64,000 nucleotides of DNA from Mytilus trossulus (taxonomy: Eukaryota), in the NCBI RefSeq assembly GCF_036588685.1, contig NC_086376.1, positions 5,332,001 through 5,396,000 on the forward strand, given 5' to 3'. How positions within the stretch are numbered: position 1 is the stretch's first letter; every line of letters begins with the position of its first letter. The position numbers were made by a program, and so were the translations under genes. Below are positions 15,601-28,082 of this stretch, one piece after another. The notes under the pieces were generated by a model. It had not been told where the DNA came from. It did no database searches and was given only the letters and a program-made list of their open reading frames with translations.

Positions 15601-16298
15601 AACATTAATTTATTTAAATTGGAATGGTAAGGCTATATTTTCCATTTTAGCTTTACTGTCAAATTAAATGTATCTAGGGTGACAATAAATGTCTAAATCT
15701 AATGTTATATCACTTTTAAGTTTGATATCAAACAATTTCAGTTTTGGGTGTTTCTATTCTTAAGGACTTATGACAATAATTGGTTGTGCCATGTATTAAT
15801 TAGAACAGTGAAACCTGTTTAAAACCAAACCTGGGGGAAAGCAGGTATATGCCTCAAACAATGTTGAAATCTTTCATTATAGACAAACTAAAATATAATA
15901 AGGAACAAATGGTATAGCTTAAGGCAACAATTATATTAAATTTGGATTAGGGCTCAATATTCCATAAATTTCATCTCTTTAATACTTTGGCAGATATAAC
16001 AAAAGTAAACAGCAAAACTAAATAATATTTGTTTATTCCATGTTAGTTGGTGATACAAAGTAAACCTGGCCCATACCCTTAAATGGGCATATCAATTTAA
16101 AAAAAAGTTGTTTTTTTCAAACAGAGCAAAATTACATTTATGAGACAGTGTTTTAGATGTACATAGAATTTCTAACTAACAAATCATAATTTACTAGTCT
16201 TTAATACAAATAAGAAACCACCAGAAAAAAATGGTACTATAAATAACACACTTACCACCAGAATGGTCCCCATTTATGTTCTTGTAGTTTGTTGCCAT
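462..16298 (-). CDS. Multi-exon gene for an uncharacterised VWA + MIB/HERC2 domain protein (3' end beyond window start)
   Basis: Coding exons assembled by hand with GT/AG ends and compatible phases: 16298-16256 (ATG; MATNYKNINGDHSG), 15451-15084, 14024-13240, 8874-8843, 8339-8259, 5845-5723, 5236-5114, 4623-4549, 3413-3283, 2895-2806, 2539-2450, 1289-1170, 657-462. Total 2257 nt (752 codons +1) with no stop. VWA motifs ICIDTSESM, IAIVHFG, GGPTPM, VILLSDG, ITCVPVG. MIB/HERC2 motif GLRVRRGPDWMWGDQDG-GTGTVI. Confidence 0.88.
1855..1982. repeat. Short degenerate tandem array
   Basis: About six copies of core CTAAAGTGTGATGG. Confidence 0.65.
2100..2421 (+). repeat. Diverged copy of the same dispersed repeat
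   Basis: Ends GTCTCATTGGCACTCATACCACATCTTCCTATAT. Confidence 0.75.
2450..5845 (-). CDS. Six exons encoding the VWA domain
   Basis: DTVICIDTSESMMGEPF (DxSxS), ENIAIVHFGSEARILQQLTNDYNKV, KCGGPTPMMTGL (T), PRVILLSDGKAT (D), ITCVPVGKDA, LQILSETTGG. Confidence 0.88.
3499..4178. mobile_element. MITE with TTAA flanks (Kolobok/piggyBac-type)
   Basis: GGGGCACTAGCT...AGCTAGTGCCCC, TTAA on both sides. Confidence 0.8.
6357..8170 (+). mobile_element. Helentron-associated (HINE/DINE-1-like) non-autonomous element with internal tandem array
   Basis: 5' AACTAGAGGCTCTAAAGAGCC..GCTCACC; three ~480-500-bp tandem units (6601, 7078, 7580); GACG/GAC microsatellite; 3' hairpin AGCTCACTTGGCCCTTCGGGCCAGGTGAGCT. 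Confidence 0.8.
9000..10181. mobile_element. Degenerate MITE (AGTGGCGGAT...GATCCGCCCCTG)
   Basis: Imperfect TIRs with G/C runs; no clear TSD. Confidence 0.55.
10488..12154. mobile_element. Non-autonomous DNA transposon, 16-bp TIR, 6-bp TSD
   Basis: CAGAGCTCCAGATAAG...CTTATCTGGAGCTCTG flanked by CATATA/CATATA. Confidence 0.85.
10760..11224 (+). mobile_element. LINE 3' end nested in a DNA element
   Basis: FTLKCQILEKCRQKLF..FTKMSDEEKFVFM, then AATAAA and an (ATTTG)n tail. Confidence 0.65.
12549..12845 (-). repeat. High-copy dispersed repeat (resembles mussel Mg1-type repeats)
   Basis: Nearly identical to 21183-21480; reverse-complement copy at ~2100-2421; related short copies at ~13045-13160 and 50455-50637. 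Confidence 0.8.
13240..14024 (-). CDS. Large exon: coiled-coil followed by acidic/disordered linker
   Basis: Covers ORF 13236..13973; CAG acceptor 14027-14025, GTAAA donor 13239-13235; in frame with both neighbours. Confidence 0.85.
15084..15451 (-). CDS. Exon 2: Q/P-rich low-complexity N-terminal region
   Basis: Covers ORF 15078..15473; CAG acceptor 15454-15452, GTATG donor; phase 1 in, phase 0 out. Confidence 0.85.
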
Positions 16299-17292
16299 GG
16301 TAATATTTCTTCACTTAACTTCACTGGAAAAAACACCAAAAATTATAAACATCAACATTTTTAAAAGTTATCAATTTACACCAAGTCATTAATCTGGCAA
16401 ATTATGATTTTTTTTTCTAAATTTGTGAATTTTTGAAAAATCACACTACATGTGGTGAAGATAAAATTTAAACTTAAATCAAAACAAAACCTTCTAGCAA
16501 CATTTCCAGGGAAGGCAAATAAATCCTCCCAGACTTTCCACCAACATTTACCTACATTGTATATATGTGTGGAAATGCATCCCTCTTTGTATAAAATTGA
16601 TAGAACTATCACAGATTTAATAGATTATAAAACTTTCACAATTTTCTCTTTTATCATTATCATTTGGGCATTTATACTGATACCTAAATTACAAATGTGT
16701 TGTTAGGTTTTGTTGTTGAAGAAATTTCAATTGGATGGCTTTCACAAAACTGAAAATTTGCATTGTAAATTTTTATATTTTTATAATATCATTTGTAATC
16801 AGCCATGAAAATGAGCTTCTCATCTTGATACAAATTTGGAGAATTTTTTAAATGATGGTAAAGCTTAGAAGTTAGTCTTCTACAATACCTACCTGGCTTT
16901 TGGTAAGCAGTTGGGAGGGGGGGTTCAGGGGAGGGGAGGTATAAAGGGGTTTGGAACCACCTTTTTACCAATCAATGCCTTTGAATGGGAACATACAGTA
17001 GTTGGAATACCCTTTTTTCCTGGTTTGGAACCCCCCTTTTTAAATATTTCTGGATCTGGCCCCCTTTACAAGTATAATAATGTCATTGATTTCAAATAAG
17101 TACCATAAAGACTCTCCCTCCCTTCCCCCATTTGAGTTTTCAATCATTTTTTTTTTTAATTTTACCTTTTTATGCTTTTTACTGTCATTCATACAGCATG
17201 TATCATTAATTATGTCACAGATAACCAATTTGGATTTAAAATGAATGAGGGTAAATCAAGTGTGTTCACCCTATTATACAATGAAGCTTAAT

Positions 17293-17325
<33 letters not shown>

Positions 17326-19747
17326 GATGAAGGACCCATGAGAAATTTCTTCAATTTGATCTTGAACAAGTAAAATCTAAATCCAAAATGTGTTTACTAG
17401 GTATCTTGCATAAACATGCTGAAATAAAATCCAAATCAGGAACAGATCCAGCTAAGGGAGTCCAATGATCTCCATTTTTTAACACTGACATGCAAGTCAT
17501 ATAAAAAGGGGGGTTATAACCATAAAGCCCATTTCAAAAGAATTAATTGTCAAACAAAAAGATGGGATCCAACTAAAGGAACATCCCCTGGATCTGCCAC
17601 TGCAAATGATAAATGATAAATTATAAATTACAAACCTTTTGCATCACTACAAAAAACTTTGCAAAATTTCCTTACCATATATTTACATCATCCTTAAGGA
17701 ACAAATACATCTATATGAGGAAGTTTACTTATACACTGTAAAAATGATACAAGTGCAACTTATAAAAGGGAAATAATTAAATGTATATCTACTTTCGTAT
17801 TTGATGGTATCTTTAGGCAAACAGAAAGTTATGAAGTAAATTCGTGAATAAGATGAGCAATCACAGCTTGAATCAAGTAAACAATCAAAGAGAATATGTA
17901 CTTTACCAAAGCTAAGAAACCATTATTGCTTATATGTGTCTTAAAATTCCTTTTAACTTTTTTCCTGTGTACAACTGAAAATGGGAAGTAGAAAATAAGA
18001 ATTTCCCATTTCTAAATATAGAATCATCGTCACGTGATATATTACCGATGAGTGTGGTTAAAAAATAGATTTTAGGCCTACTGTTTCTTTATCAATAGTT
18101 TTTTTACTCAGAAAAAAATCAGGGCACATGGGTCCGTATAACACTTATCAATTCAAAGTTTTATAAAGTTTTGAAATTTTAGAGTTTGGGAATTTTTATC
18201 AAAGTTTTAAAATATCAAAATCCAAATTGTGTAAAAGTTTTGAAATTTTGAAATTTAAAACAAATAATTAAAATTCAAATGTACTTCTAAATATCGTGTA
18301 TAAATTTCGAAAAAAAATCAAAAATAGAATAGGGGCGAAAAGAAGGGTACCTGTAAACACGGCTCTGATTTCAATCATTCTTATTTGGGTCATTATAAAA
18401 AAAACATGCAAAACTATTTTATTGGGTCTTTTTAAGTCACAGACATGAAAATATATCAAAATAACACTTGCATATGTAAGATATGAATGTTTTGTGATGC
18501 ACAATATACAGTTTACAGTATGAAATGTTATAAAAACATCTTTAAATTACTCTTCATTTTTTCCATTGCATATTTCTGAATATCGTTGATACCATACTAA
18601 AGAGTAGCGGGACACATTTAAATGTTTAAAACAATGACATCATTTTTCAAAATGATACCTCGTCGAAATTTGCACTTTTTTGGATAATAACCCAGTTAGG
18701 AATAAATAGCACGAAATATATAGAATCATTTTTAATTGCAAAATAAATAATAAAAAGAAGAAGTCAAGACATATATTAGACATCAAATGGGATAACAGTA
18801 TCCTGAAATTTTAATCGGGTTTTGCATCTATCAAAAAATATTTAAACCTATTTAAACTGGCATCAAATAAGTTGATATCAATCTCTAATATAAGGTTAGC
18901 GTTTGAGATATATAATTCAGAGCTATTTGGTGCTCAACATTTAGAAATACCAATGAAAACTGACCACCTCGCAGTCAGTATAGGCCAAATAGTATTATTC
19001 GCCTTCTTGACGTTCCTGATGAAGGACTTACGTGATCCGGAAATAACGCTTCGTTCGCATGAAAATTAAATATGAAAGACATGAGCTGTAAACTGCCACA
19101 TCATAGTATTATGGAACAAACAATTTAACTTCAAAAAAGGGGGAGGGGTATGCTTTTATCCTAAAAATGTACTGATTCCCAGATTGAGGGGGGGTCTATT
19201 GTAAAGCAGAGAACGAAAAAAATATTCTGAATCCAGATTTTCCCAATACATTTGTACCTTGTAGTGTCAAATTTTGAATAAAATAATTTAACTGATAGCG
19301 ATGGAATTCTTAATCAACATTTTCGCACATTGGCGAAAAACAATGTCTGACTCCGACAAAAATACATATAAGTTCCCTGGAATTTAAATGGTTGCTCCCT
19401 TATAGACAACACATATTACAGTTTATTGAGTTATTGGGCTGAATGTTGCAAAATAGTGGACGTCATATTTGTTTTAATTGGAAAGAAATTACCGGTACAT
19501 GTGTATGAAATGATAAAATTTTAAAGACGAACATCGTTAGGGTTTATTGATCTTTATTGTTGATTTTGATGGAAAATTGTTTAGAATAGATTATTAACCT
19601 CTATCCCAAATAGACTTGCCCCTTAATATAATTACATTTTGGCGCATAATTTTATATACTTTGGCGTCAAACTTGTCAAAATACGTATCATGGAATGTAT
19701 TGCTTATTCTTGTAGAGTCTCACGTGAAACAATACATTTATTCTAAC

Positions 19748-19879
19748 CAGGCGCGGATCCAGAGGGGGGGTCCGGGGGTTGGAACCCCCCTTTTTTTGGA
19801 CGATCAATGCATTTGAATGGGGGCATGTAGTTGGAACCCTCCCTTTGTCCCCTTTTTGAAATGGCTGGATCCGCCCCTG
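19748..19879. mobile_element. 132-bp MITE with 5-bp TSD
   Basis: CAGGCGCGGATCCAG...CTGGATCCGCCCCTG flanked by CTAAC/CTAAC; decayed relatives at ~16905-17065, 17437-17602, 45705-45846. Confidence 0.8.
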
Positions 19880-20599
19880 CTAACTGTTTATCAGGGCTCG
19901 TTGCGACAGACAAACCTACACCAATGTTGTGGAGATTTGACATGACTACTTCATGAAATATATGCAATGGCGTTGTCAGTTGATTTTGGAATTATGGGTT
20001 TAAAAGTCACTTTAATATCTTTCGCCACTCTGCTTATTAATGCAATTACTAGTATGTTTAGTATCAACCTTTCTGCGCTCATGGCCGTGCGATCAATTCT
20101 CAATCGATTCACGACTTTTGAACAGGTGTATACTTCTGTTGCCTTTACTTATCATCAATGCATACCATGCAGCTCAAAATACTTCGTATTGATTAATTGA
20201 TTTTTAGTGAATCAACGTCTTGTGGCAAGTATTTCATGCATTTTCAGGACTACTATGCAGTGACTACATTTAAATAATAACCAGCAATAAGTGTCCTTAA
20301 CTATATTATTGTATTTCAGTTTATTGAGATATCTTTACACAAGACAGAATTCGTTCCATATTATTAGTCAACCTTTTTTGGATGTAGATGCTTGAGTTAT
20401 CAAAAAAAAAAGCAGACGGTCACCAACAGGCCTTAAAGCAGCGAAAAACTTTTGCACCCGGAGTTTGAAGATTGAACGTAAATATTTCCGGTGCCAAACA
20501 ATTGGTTTAGTGGAAATACCAAGAGAGAAAATTGAAGAATGAAAACAGTTAAATACGAAAACCGGCTATGTGTTTAGATGCACACTATTAAAAAAATTG

Positions 20600-22130
20600 T
20601 AAGGGTTCCGCGGAACCCAGTGTCTCGCCTACTTTTGCTGTAAATTCCAGGCTCAACAAAATCGAGGGAAAAAATCAATAAAAATATTCTGCTTGATACT
20701 ATCTTTTGATTGTAAGAAGAATCTGTTCAAGTTTGGTAAAAATCCAGGATAGTTTATGAATCTAATAAATATTTTAAAAACTTTTAACTGCAGACTGGAT
20801 GTAATGTTAACTGGAAGAAAAACTAAGTCCATTTATAAGTAAAATACATATACACAGGTACAAAATATTAACAAAATTTCCTTCTATATACTAGCTTTTG
20901 ATCATTAACAAGCTTCTGTCCAACTTTGGTACAAATTAAAAATAGTATACCCACAGAGTGAATGTAATGTTTTCCCGCAGAAAAACTAAGTCCATTGATA
21001 AGTAAAATACGAATAAAACGGAATTTTATTTATACAAAATTTACTTCTGGATACTATCTAATGATCATAAACAAGCTTCTGTCCAAGTTTGGTAGAAATC
21101 CAGGATAGTTTAAGAAAGATATTAAAATTTCAAAAACTTTAACCATAGAGTGAATGTAATGTTTTCCCGCAGAAAAACTAATAGATATAGGAAGATGTGG
21201 TGTGAGTGCCAATGAGACAACTCTCCATCCAAATAACAATTTAAAAATTAAACCATTATAGGTTAAAGTACGGCCTTCAACACGGAGCCTTGGCTCACAC
21301 CGAACAACAAGCTATAAAGGGCCCCAAAATTACTAGTGTAAAACCATTCAAACGGGAAAACCAACGGTCTAATCTATATAAACAAAACGAGAAACGAGAA
21401 ACACGTATATATTACATAAACAAACGACAACTACTGTACATCAGATTCCTGACTTAGGACAGGTGCAAACATTTGCAGCGGGATTAAACGTTTTAATGGG
21501 CCCAAACCTTCTCCCTTTTTCTGAAACAATAGCATAACATCACAACATATAAAAACATACGATAAAATATCAATTAGCAGACTTAACTCAATCAAAAAAC
21601 GTATGATTACACAAAGAACGAATAAATTTGATCTGCGATATCTGAATACAAATGCACAGTTAATTAAATATTAGAGACAAACAGTTATGACCAAAAGGCT
21701 ATCAAATAAATTCAAACACACTGAGAAATATTTAACCAATCAATGTTCACTTTAGAAAAAAACCCGTTTTTTTTATAATCTTGAAGTTTATACAAATGTT
21801 GTAAGAATAAGTGAAAAATTGAAGATATTACAAATAATCAAAGCTGGTATACAGCCAAGATCCATATAAATAAAAAGTCCATTTATAAGTAAAATATGGA
21901 AAAAATGGAATTTTTTTTTCACAAAATTTACTTCTGGATACTATCTTATGATCATAAACAAGCTTCTGTCCAAGTTTGGTACAAATCCAGTATGGTTTAA
22001 GAAAGTTATTAAAATTTCAAAAACTTTAACCACAGAGTGAATATTTGTGGACGCCGCCGACGACGACGACGACGGAATGTAGGATCGCTTAGTCTCGCTT
22101 TTTCGACTAGAGTCGAAGGCTCGACAAAAA
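20600..22130 (+). mobile_element. HINE-like element with a nested dispersed repeat
   Basis: 5' GGGTTCCGCGGAACCC..GTCTCGC; internal repeats; (GAC)n; 3' GTCTCGC..TTCGACTAGAGTCGAA hairpin; interrupted at 21182-21874. Confidence 0.75.
21182..21874 (-). repeat. Longer copy of the same dispersed repeat, nested in a HINE
   Basis: Splits the host unit GAAAAACTA|AGTCCATTTATAAG. Confidence 0.75.
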
Positions 22131-22349
22131 GGGTTAAATTGTTGTAGCATTACAACTTTGAGAAAGACAAAAAAACACTTTTTTTTACAAGTTTGTTTTG
22201 TCGTTTTCCCCCAATATGGTTTTACTTACTTTCTAAACGTCTCGTCCTAACTTAGGCTGTTAGTTTTGTTGTTTGACAGTTTGCCATGTTCCTTTAAAGC
22301 TGACTATACAGTACGAGTTCATTGTTGAAGGCTGTATGAAGACCTGTAG

Positions 22350-22703
22350 CCGTGATGTGGTGGTTAGTGCATCGGACTACTAATACAAAGGTTCCTGGTT
22401 CGATCCCTGTTTAGGGATGAACATTTTAGGGGACTGAATTTTCGGCTCTCCCTTGAAACCATTTGCGAGTATGGTCTTGGGGGAAACGATGATAGTCGGT
22501 CGGAAGGGGACGAAACATGGCTGACCCGTGTTAAGAGAGAGCCATATCTCTTACAAATTAAAGACACCTTTGTAGATTTCAAAAAAAGGACAGGCTAATG
22601 CCGCTACAAGGCAGTATTTACAACCGAAAAGTGGAACGGAATTAAAATAAGTTGCAAAACTTGTATCCCAATCCACTTTAAATAAATATTCTTAAACTAA
22701 ACT
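22350..22703 (+). mobile_element. tRNA-derived SINE (central domain resembles the Meta-type)
   Basis: A-box TGGTGGTTAGTG, B-box GGTTCGATCCC, (AAACT)n tail, 11-bp TSD AAGACCTGTAG at 22339-22349 and 22704-22714. Confidence 0.85.
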
Positions 22704-22849
22704 AAGACCTGTAGTTAACATCAAAAACTACTACATGTACATCTGTATATATCTTTTTGATTTGGTATTATTTAAGACGGACGGAATTGGTAATACTCAT
22801 CATGTTATATAATTTTACCAATTTCATAATTCAAAGCAGCGTAGTTCTT

Positions 22850-23270
22850 ATGTTGATGTTATAAGTAATAGATTAGAAAGGTCATCTCTGTGTAAAATTA
22901 GAATAGACACAATCTTGCTATTGAAAAGGGCGATAGGTTTACCCACCGATGAACGAGTTTGTAATTGTATGTAAATCAGGTGAGGTAGAAGATGAAAATC
23001 ACTTTTTACTGAAATGTGAATTTTTTTCCAACTATAGAATTAACTTTAAAACTAAGATTTTAAATATACTTCCTACATGTTGTAGTGAAAATCAGCTAAA
23101 TATTAATAGTATTATAAATAGTAATTTTTTTAAAGTCCTAAAAGTTACTAGTTCTTATCTGGTGTATAGAAACGAGATTTTAGCTTCTTAATTATAACAT
23201 ATTTAACTACTAGTAACTGTATGCTGTATTCATTGTTGTAATGCACTGTAATATGGGCCTTTGCCAATTA
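22850..23270 (+). mobile_element. Degenerate LINE 3' fragment
   Basis: HNLAIEKGR and CKSGEVEDENHFLLKC zinc-knuckle region. Confidence 0.7.
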
Positions 23271-23271
23271 T

Positions 23272-24480
23272 TAGGTCTTTCCACTTTTCTGTGGAAAGAC
23301 CTATTGTTTTTCTTCTGATTTTTTTTTTTTTTTTTTTTTCTTCCGCCTAATTTTGTTCTTGCGATAAACATTTGTTTCGCAATATGTCGCTTAGATATTT
23401 GGTATATGATATCGAACAGTTTATGCGCTTTTGAAATTTACCCTGCGTAAACGAATACTTTTCTTTGTAGGAGTTATCTCCCCAAACACTGTTTTCCTTG
23501 TTAGCGCAACTCCTTCGCAACCGTAAAATATTATGACAAATTTATTTTACAAAATTGCTCGTTATATCCTTTGCATGATTTGTCCTATTTTGACCGAAGT
23601 GATATGAACGCTCCATATGAGAGTTATTTCCCCTTATGTTTTTGATATAAGTGATATGCATTTCTATCTTGTAAACCATAAGTGCTAAGGACCAAGGATC
23701 TTTTGATTTGAGGTCCTTGGTCCAAAAAAATAAAAATTAGGTCAAGGTCAAAGGTCAAGGTCATATTCTAATTTTTTGAATTTGGCTTATTTCCACTAAT
23801 TTCCAGAAACCGTATAAGATATCGACATATTATTTTTTCTAAATTGTTAGTTGCGACATGTCCTAACACGTAAATTTTGATTGAAAGGGTACGTTAAACG
23901 TAAAAGTGAGTTTTCTCCCCTCTTGTATTTAAAAATACGCGTATGGTGATATAAATGATTAACCAAATATAATTAAGACCTATGGTCTTTTGATTTGAGG
24001 TCCTTGGTTTATGACCTTGAAATTGATCTCAAGGTCATAGATTAATTTGACGTTCTAGTTTTTGACCTTTGCTTTCAGCTCATATGTATACATGATATAG
24101 CCATGAGACTTTTGGCAAAAAGTATCAAACCATTTAACCTTCAAAAAAACAACCGGAAGTGACCTTGTGTAAACCGGAAGTAGCTATTTTTGGTACTTTA
24201 TTAATAAAAAAAGTATATAGAACCAGATCTTTTTGGAATCAGTGTCATTTGAATATTCAAATATTATCGGAAGTAACATTTTTCAAACCGGTAGTAAACA
24301 ATTATCTCCCTTATCTATATCTTTTTCCATAGAAACCATAAATTTTTGGAATCAGCGTTCAATAAGCTGTCATTTGACGGTACAATTGACATTTAAAACC
24401 AAATTTCAATTTTTTCATATAAAAAAAGGTCTTAACTGGTGGAAAGACCATCAATAGTTCTCTGAACAATTGGTTTTTAA
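23272..24480 (-). mobile_element. HINE-like element, reverse orientation
   Basis: Terminal hairpin TAGGTCTTTCCAC..GTGGAAAGACCTA and a matching GTGGAAAGACC at ~24440. Confidence 0.65.
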
Positions 24481-25339
24481 TTGTAATTGTGTTTGTGCCA
24501 ATAAAATATTTGCATTTTTTGTGTTTGTATAATAATACGATTAGTTTGAGTATTATAACGAAAACACGATTTCTAATAAGTTTGTTCTTTTATTCAGCTG
24601 TGCATTTGATTGTGGGATTCTGAAGCTCGTGACTTCATGTTACAATTCGTTTTGAAATATTTACATGGCATGTATGTTTCATTATGATACATTGTACGTT
24701 ATTTTGATTGGCTAGCAGCAATCTCGAATCTTCTGAAATTAACATTCATTACACAATGAAATGTAACATCATGATGACACGAGGTTCCACATAGAAACAT
24801 TACGATTTTTATATTCTAGTTGTATTTTAAAAGACAAACGTATTTACTAGCTATAGAGCATCATTTAGTGAACGTTTCTGCATTTAGTCAACTTAAAACT
24901 ATAGTCTGATCGGTTTTCAGTTGGAATTTTCGAAAGTTCAAAAATATATAGAAAAAATGTAATGAAATATTTCGTGGAGGGCAGACTATTTTTTTTCAGA
25001 TGTTGAAGACTTGTAACCCTAGATAACACACACAAAAAAATTGCATTTTCAAGAACCAGTTGCAAATTCTTTTGTCAAGTACTTGTAGTGAACATAGTTA
25101 GTCATTTGTTATTCGAACATACCTATTCTGTTGTTATCCTTGCTCAAAAGAAAGGTATTTCACTTGACCCATATTTTTTTCTGTAGTACTGTACTGTGAA
25201 TTTTTAATGTTATTTAATCAACCGGTAGCGTAGATATACATATATAAAAAAAAATAGAATCTGAAGCGAGATGATGTATTAAATATTTATACTTTTAACA
25301 TTTTCAAGACCATGATAACAATCGACTCAAACACACCGA

Positions 25340-26470
25340 ACATAAAAAGGTGCACTCGACTTTCCTTTTTTCAATGCAATTTTTGACCCGTTTTGGAATC
25401 CTTTTCAAATAACTATCGCTGGGGCAGAGATGCAAATTAATACTTTCGAGAGATCAATCTATTATCAATCTGTTGAATATTTTTCGGCGGAAGTTTTGAT
25501 TATGCACAAAAAAGATCCAGTTGGATTTGTACCTACCACAATCGACTGTTTTATGCAACTTTGCAAAGCCGTAGCGTAATGGAGGCAACTGTCTCACTTT
25601 TGAAACGACGATTAAACGTTAGAAGTGTTTTTTTTTTTCAATTATGTATTTTACATTATCAGTATATGAGTATCTTATTTAAAATTATCTACCAGCAAAC
25701 TACATACAGTGTTAGTCTTAGTGGCCCAATTTGTCTTGAGCATTCTTAAGCCACTAACATTGTTCCTTCTAAAGATTGACTGAAACATGGTGGATGCTTT
25801 TGAGGTATCAAAAATTCATCTTGAATTTTTGCAGGACAACTGAACAGATGAAATTTTGTCAGAACTTTTTAGGCGAGGTTCTGTCATAGCAGATGGCTAT
25901 TGAAATAGACTTAACGCCAAGTGGTTTGGCGTCAAGTTCATAGGGAGACGCAGCAACTGCCTCTACTACAGAGCAGCATTGGCGAATTATTTATTTTCCC
26001 CATTTTTGGATCACATTATTAGTGAAATGCAACGCCAATGTCCTGACGAGGTAAACAATCAAGTGGTAGAATATTAACTTATTCCAAAAAAGGTAGGCAA
26101 GTTAACACCGGAATTAATTGAACCCCTTATCCAAGCATTTCCGGACGTAACTAACATGGAAGAGTTAACATGTGAACTTAAAAGGCTGGTAAGAAAGACT
26201 GTAGCAAAGCCTCCAGACAGCAATTAAGCTAGCTAACAAAGACTTATACCCAAATGTTTTCACAATATTACAAGTACTTTTAACTCTGCCTGTCACATTA
26301 GTCTGTTGTGAGAGATCGTTTTCCAGTTTAAGGCGTTTGAAAACCTGGGAACGGGCTACAATGGGTGGTGACAGGCTTTATGTGCTTGCCATGCTCCACG
26401 TGCATAGGAATGATACAGATGAAAAGAACGTGTGTTGAAGCTTTTCGATAAAACAGGTCACAGGATATTT
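25340..26470 (+). pseudogene. hAT transposase relic (C-terminal dimerisation domain)
   Basis: 26241-26418 reads DLYPNVFTILQVLLTLPVTLVCCERSFSSLRRLKTWERATMGGDRLYVLAMLHVHR; upstream FLDHIISEM; stops and frameshifts. Confidence 0.8.
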
Positions 26471-26769
26471 TGAACTAAAGACCACGAAACGTACACGTGC
26501 GTCGTTCATGCGATTCACTAGTCCTTTTGATTTTTCTTATTTAAAAAAAAAAGATACAATATTATAAATAAACTTCAATAAGATAGTGTGATACGACAGC
26601 ACAAAGCTAATGTACAAACGGCATAAAACGATGGACATTCGCCTCGATTTTAGATAGGTTGTGGATTACTTAATTTTGGGGAAAAACGTTTTCTTCTTTT
26701 TTTTCATTTTTTTTTTATTGTTTTTCATTAGCCCGGCCGTATCTTGTGTTGCATTGGTGCTTTTCGGAC

Positions 26770-26803
<34 letters not shown>

Positions 26804-28082
26804 TGTTTATTATAGTGACATGTGTAATCACATTTCAATAAAGTACAAAGGCACCAGTACAAATATATTACATACACAATAAAATACACCCGACCCATTG
26901 GGTCTATAAGTCACTTTCAAATAATAAAACATAATTCTTTTATCACGGATTTCAAACAAATTAATGAAAAGTAAGATTAAGCTAAATTTCAAAATAATTA
27001 ATTAATAATGAAAAATTCAAACTTATATAAAAAAATAATTAAAAATGAAGTTATTAGAAGATCGATTTAATAAATGTCAAGTTGGATGCATAATTAATTA
27101 ATAATGAAAAATTCAAACTTATATAAAAAATGAAGTTATTAGAAAATCGATTTACTAAATGTCAAGTTGAATGCATAATAAATTCATATTTATAATAAAG
27201 AAACTGGAAATCTTTAGATTGGCCATGAAGTAACCTTTTTACATTTTCATATTACAGTCAAATACAACCAATACTGTCAACTGGAATTGCAATATACTGT
27301 TTATCAAACTGAGCATGTATTATATAACACTTCACGTCTATGCCGGAACGCTTGCACTGTATACTTAGCCAGCTTTCTAGGATAGTTTGTCATCAAAAAG
27401 ATAATGTTTTCATCGTTTGTCATATCTATTAGTTCATTGACAGAAAATATATTATTAAAAGTAGATTCTCTCAAGTCATTATATAAGGAGCAGTGGAGAA
27501 TAAAGTGACACTCGTCCTCCATGGAATTGCTGTTACAAAACTTACATAAGCGTTCATTTGGTTGCTCGCCGCTATATTTACCCGTCTCTAGTCTCAAAGG
27601 AAGAATTTCACATCTCAGCTGTGTTAGGAAAGATCGTTCAGTTTTGTTCAAATTGAATTTAACATAAGTTTCTATTCCAAAATTAGTCTTTAGTTTCACA
27701 TAAGTTCTCAACTTTGGAGTTTTCACAATGTCATTTTTCCATAAACAGTTATAGTGTTCCTTCAAGATGGATTCGAACAAAGTCATACTTATAACATCCT
27801 TGCGCTCAAAGTAGTCCACAATACCAAGTTTCATGAGTATGTCTTTGAAGTCAGAACACCAATTATTTCTACATTTTTATAGTCGTGATTGAAGGCTTGT
27901 TTTGTAATGCGATTGTCATCAAATTGAACAAGTCTATTCCAGAGGCGCACAATATTATTCCAATGTCTGTAGTGGCACGGGATCCATCCGATATCCCCAT
28001 AAATACCAAGAAGTGGGGCAAAACGATGAACTCCTAAAAAGTAACGTATAGATCGGTTCTGGATGTTCTCTATGGCTTGAAA
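26770..28082 (-). mobile_element. 5'-truncated LINE (ORF2 C-terminus, 3' UTR, (TTAC)n tail)
   Basis: IENIQNRSIRYFLGVH..GDIGW; KLRTY..LRLETG..RLCKFC..EDECHFILHC; AATAAA followed by (TTAC)n at 26771-26802. Confidence 0.85.

Noticed and set aside
22350-22430. Functional tRNA gene
   Set aside because: No proper acceptor stem; continues into a SINE body with tail and TSD
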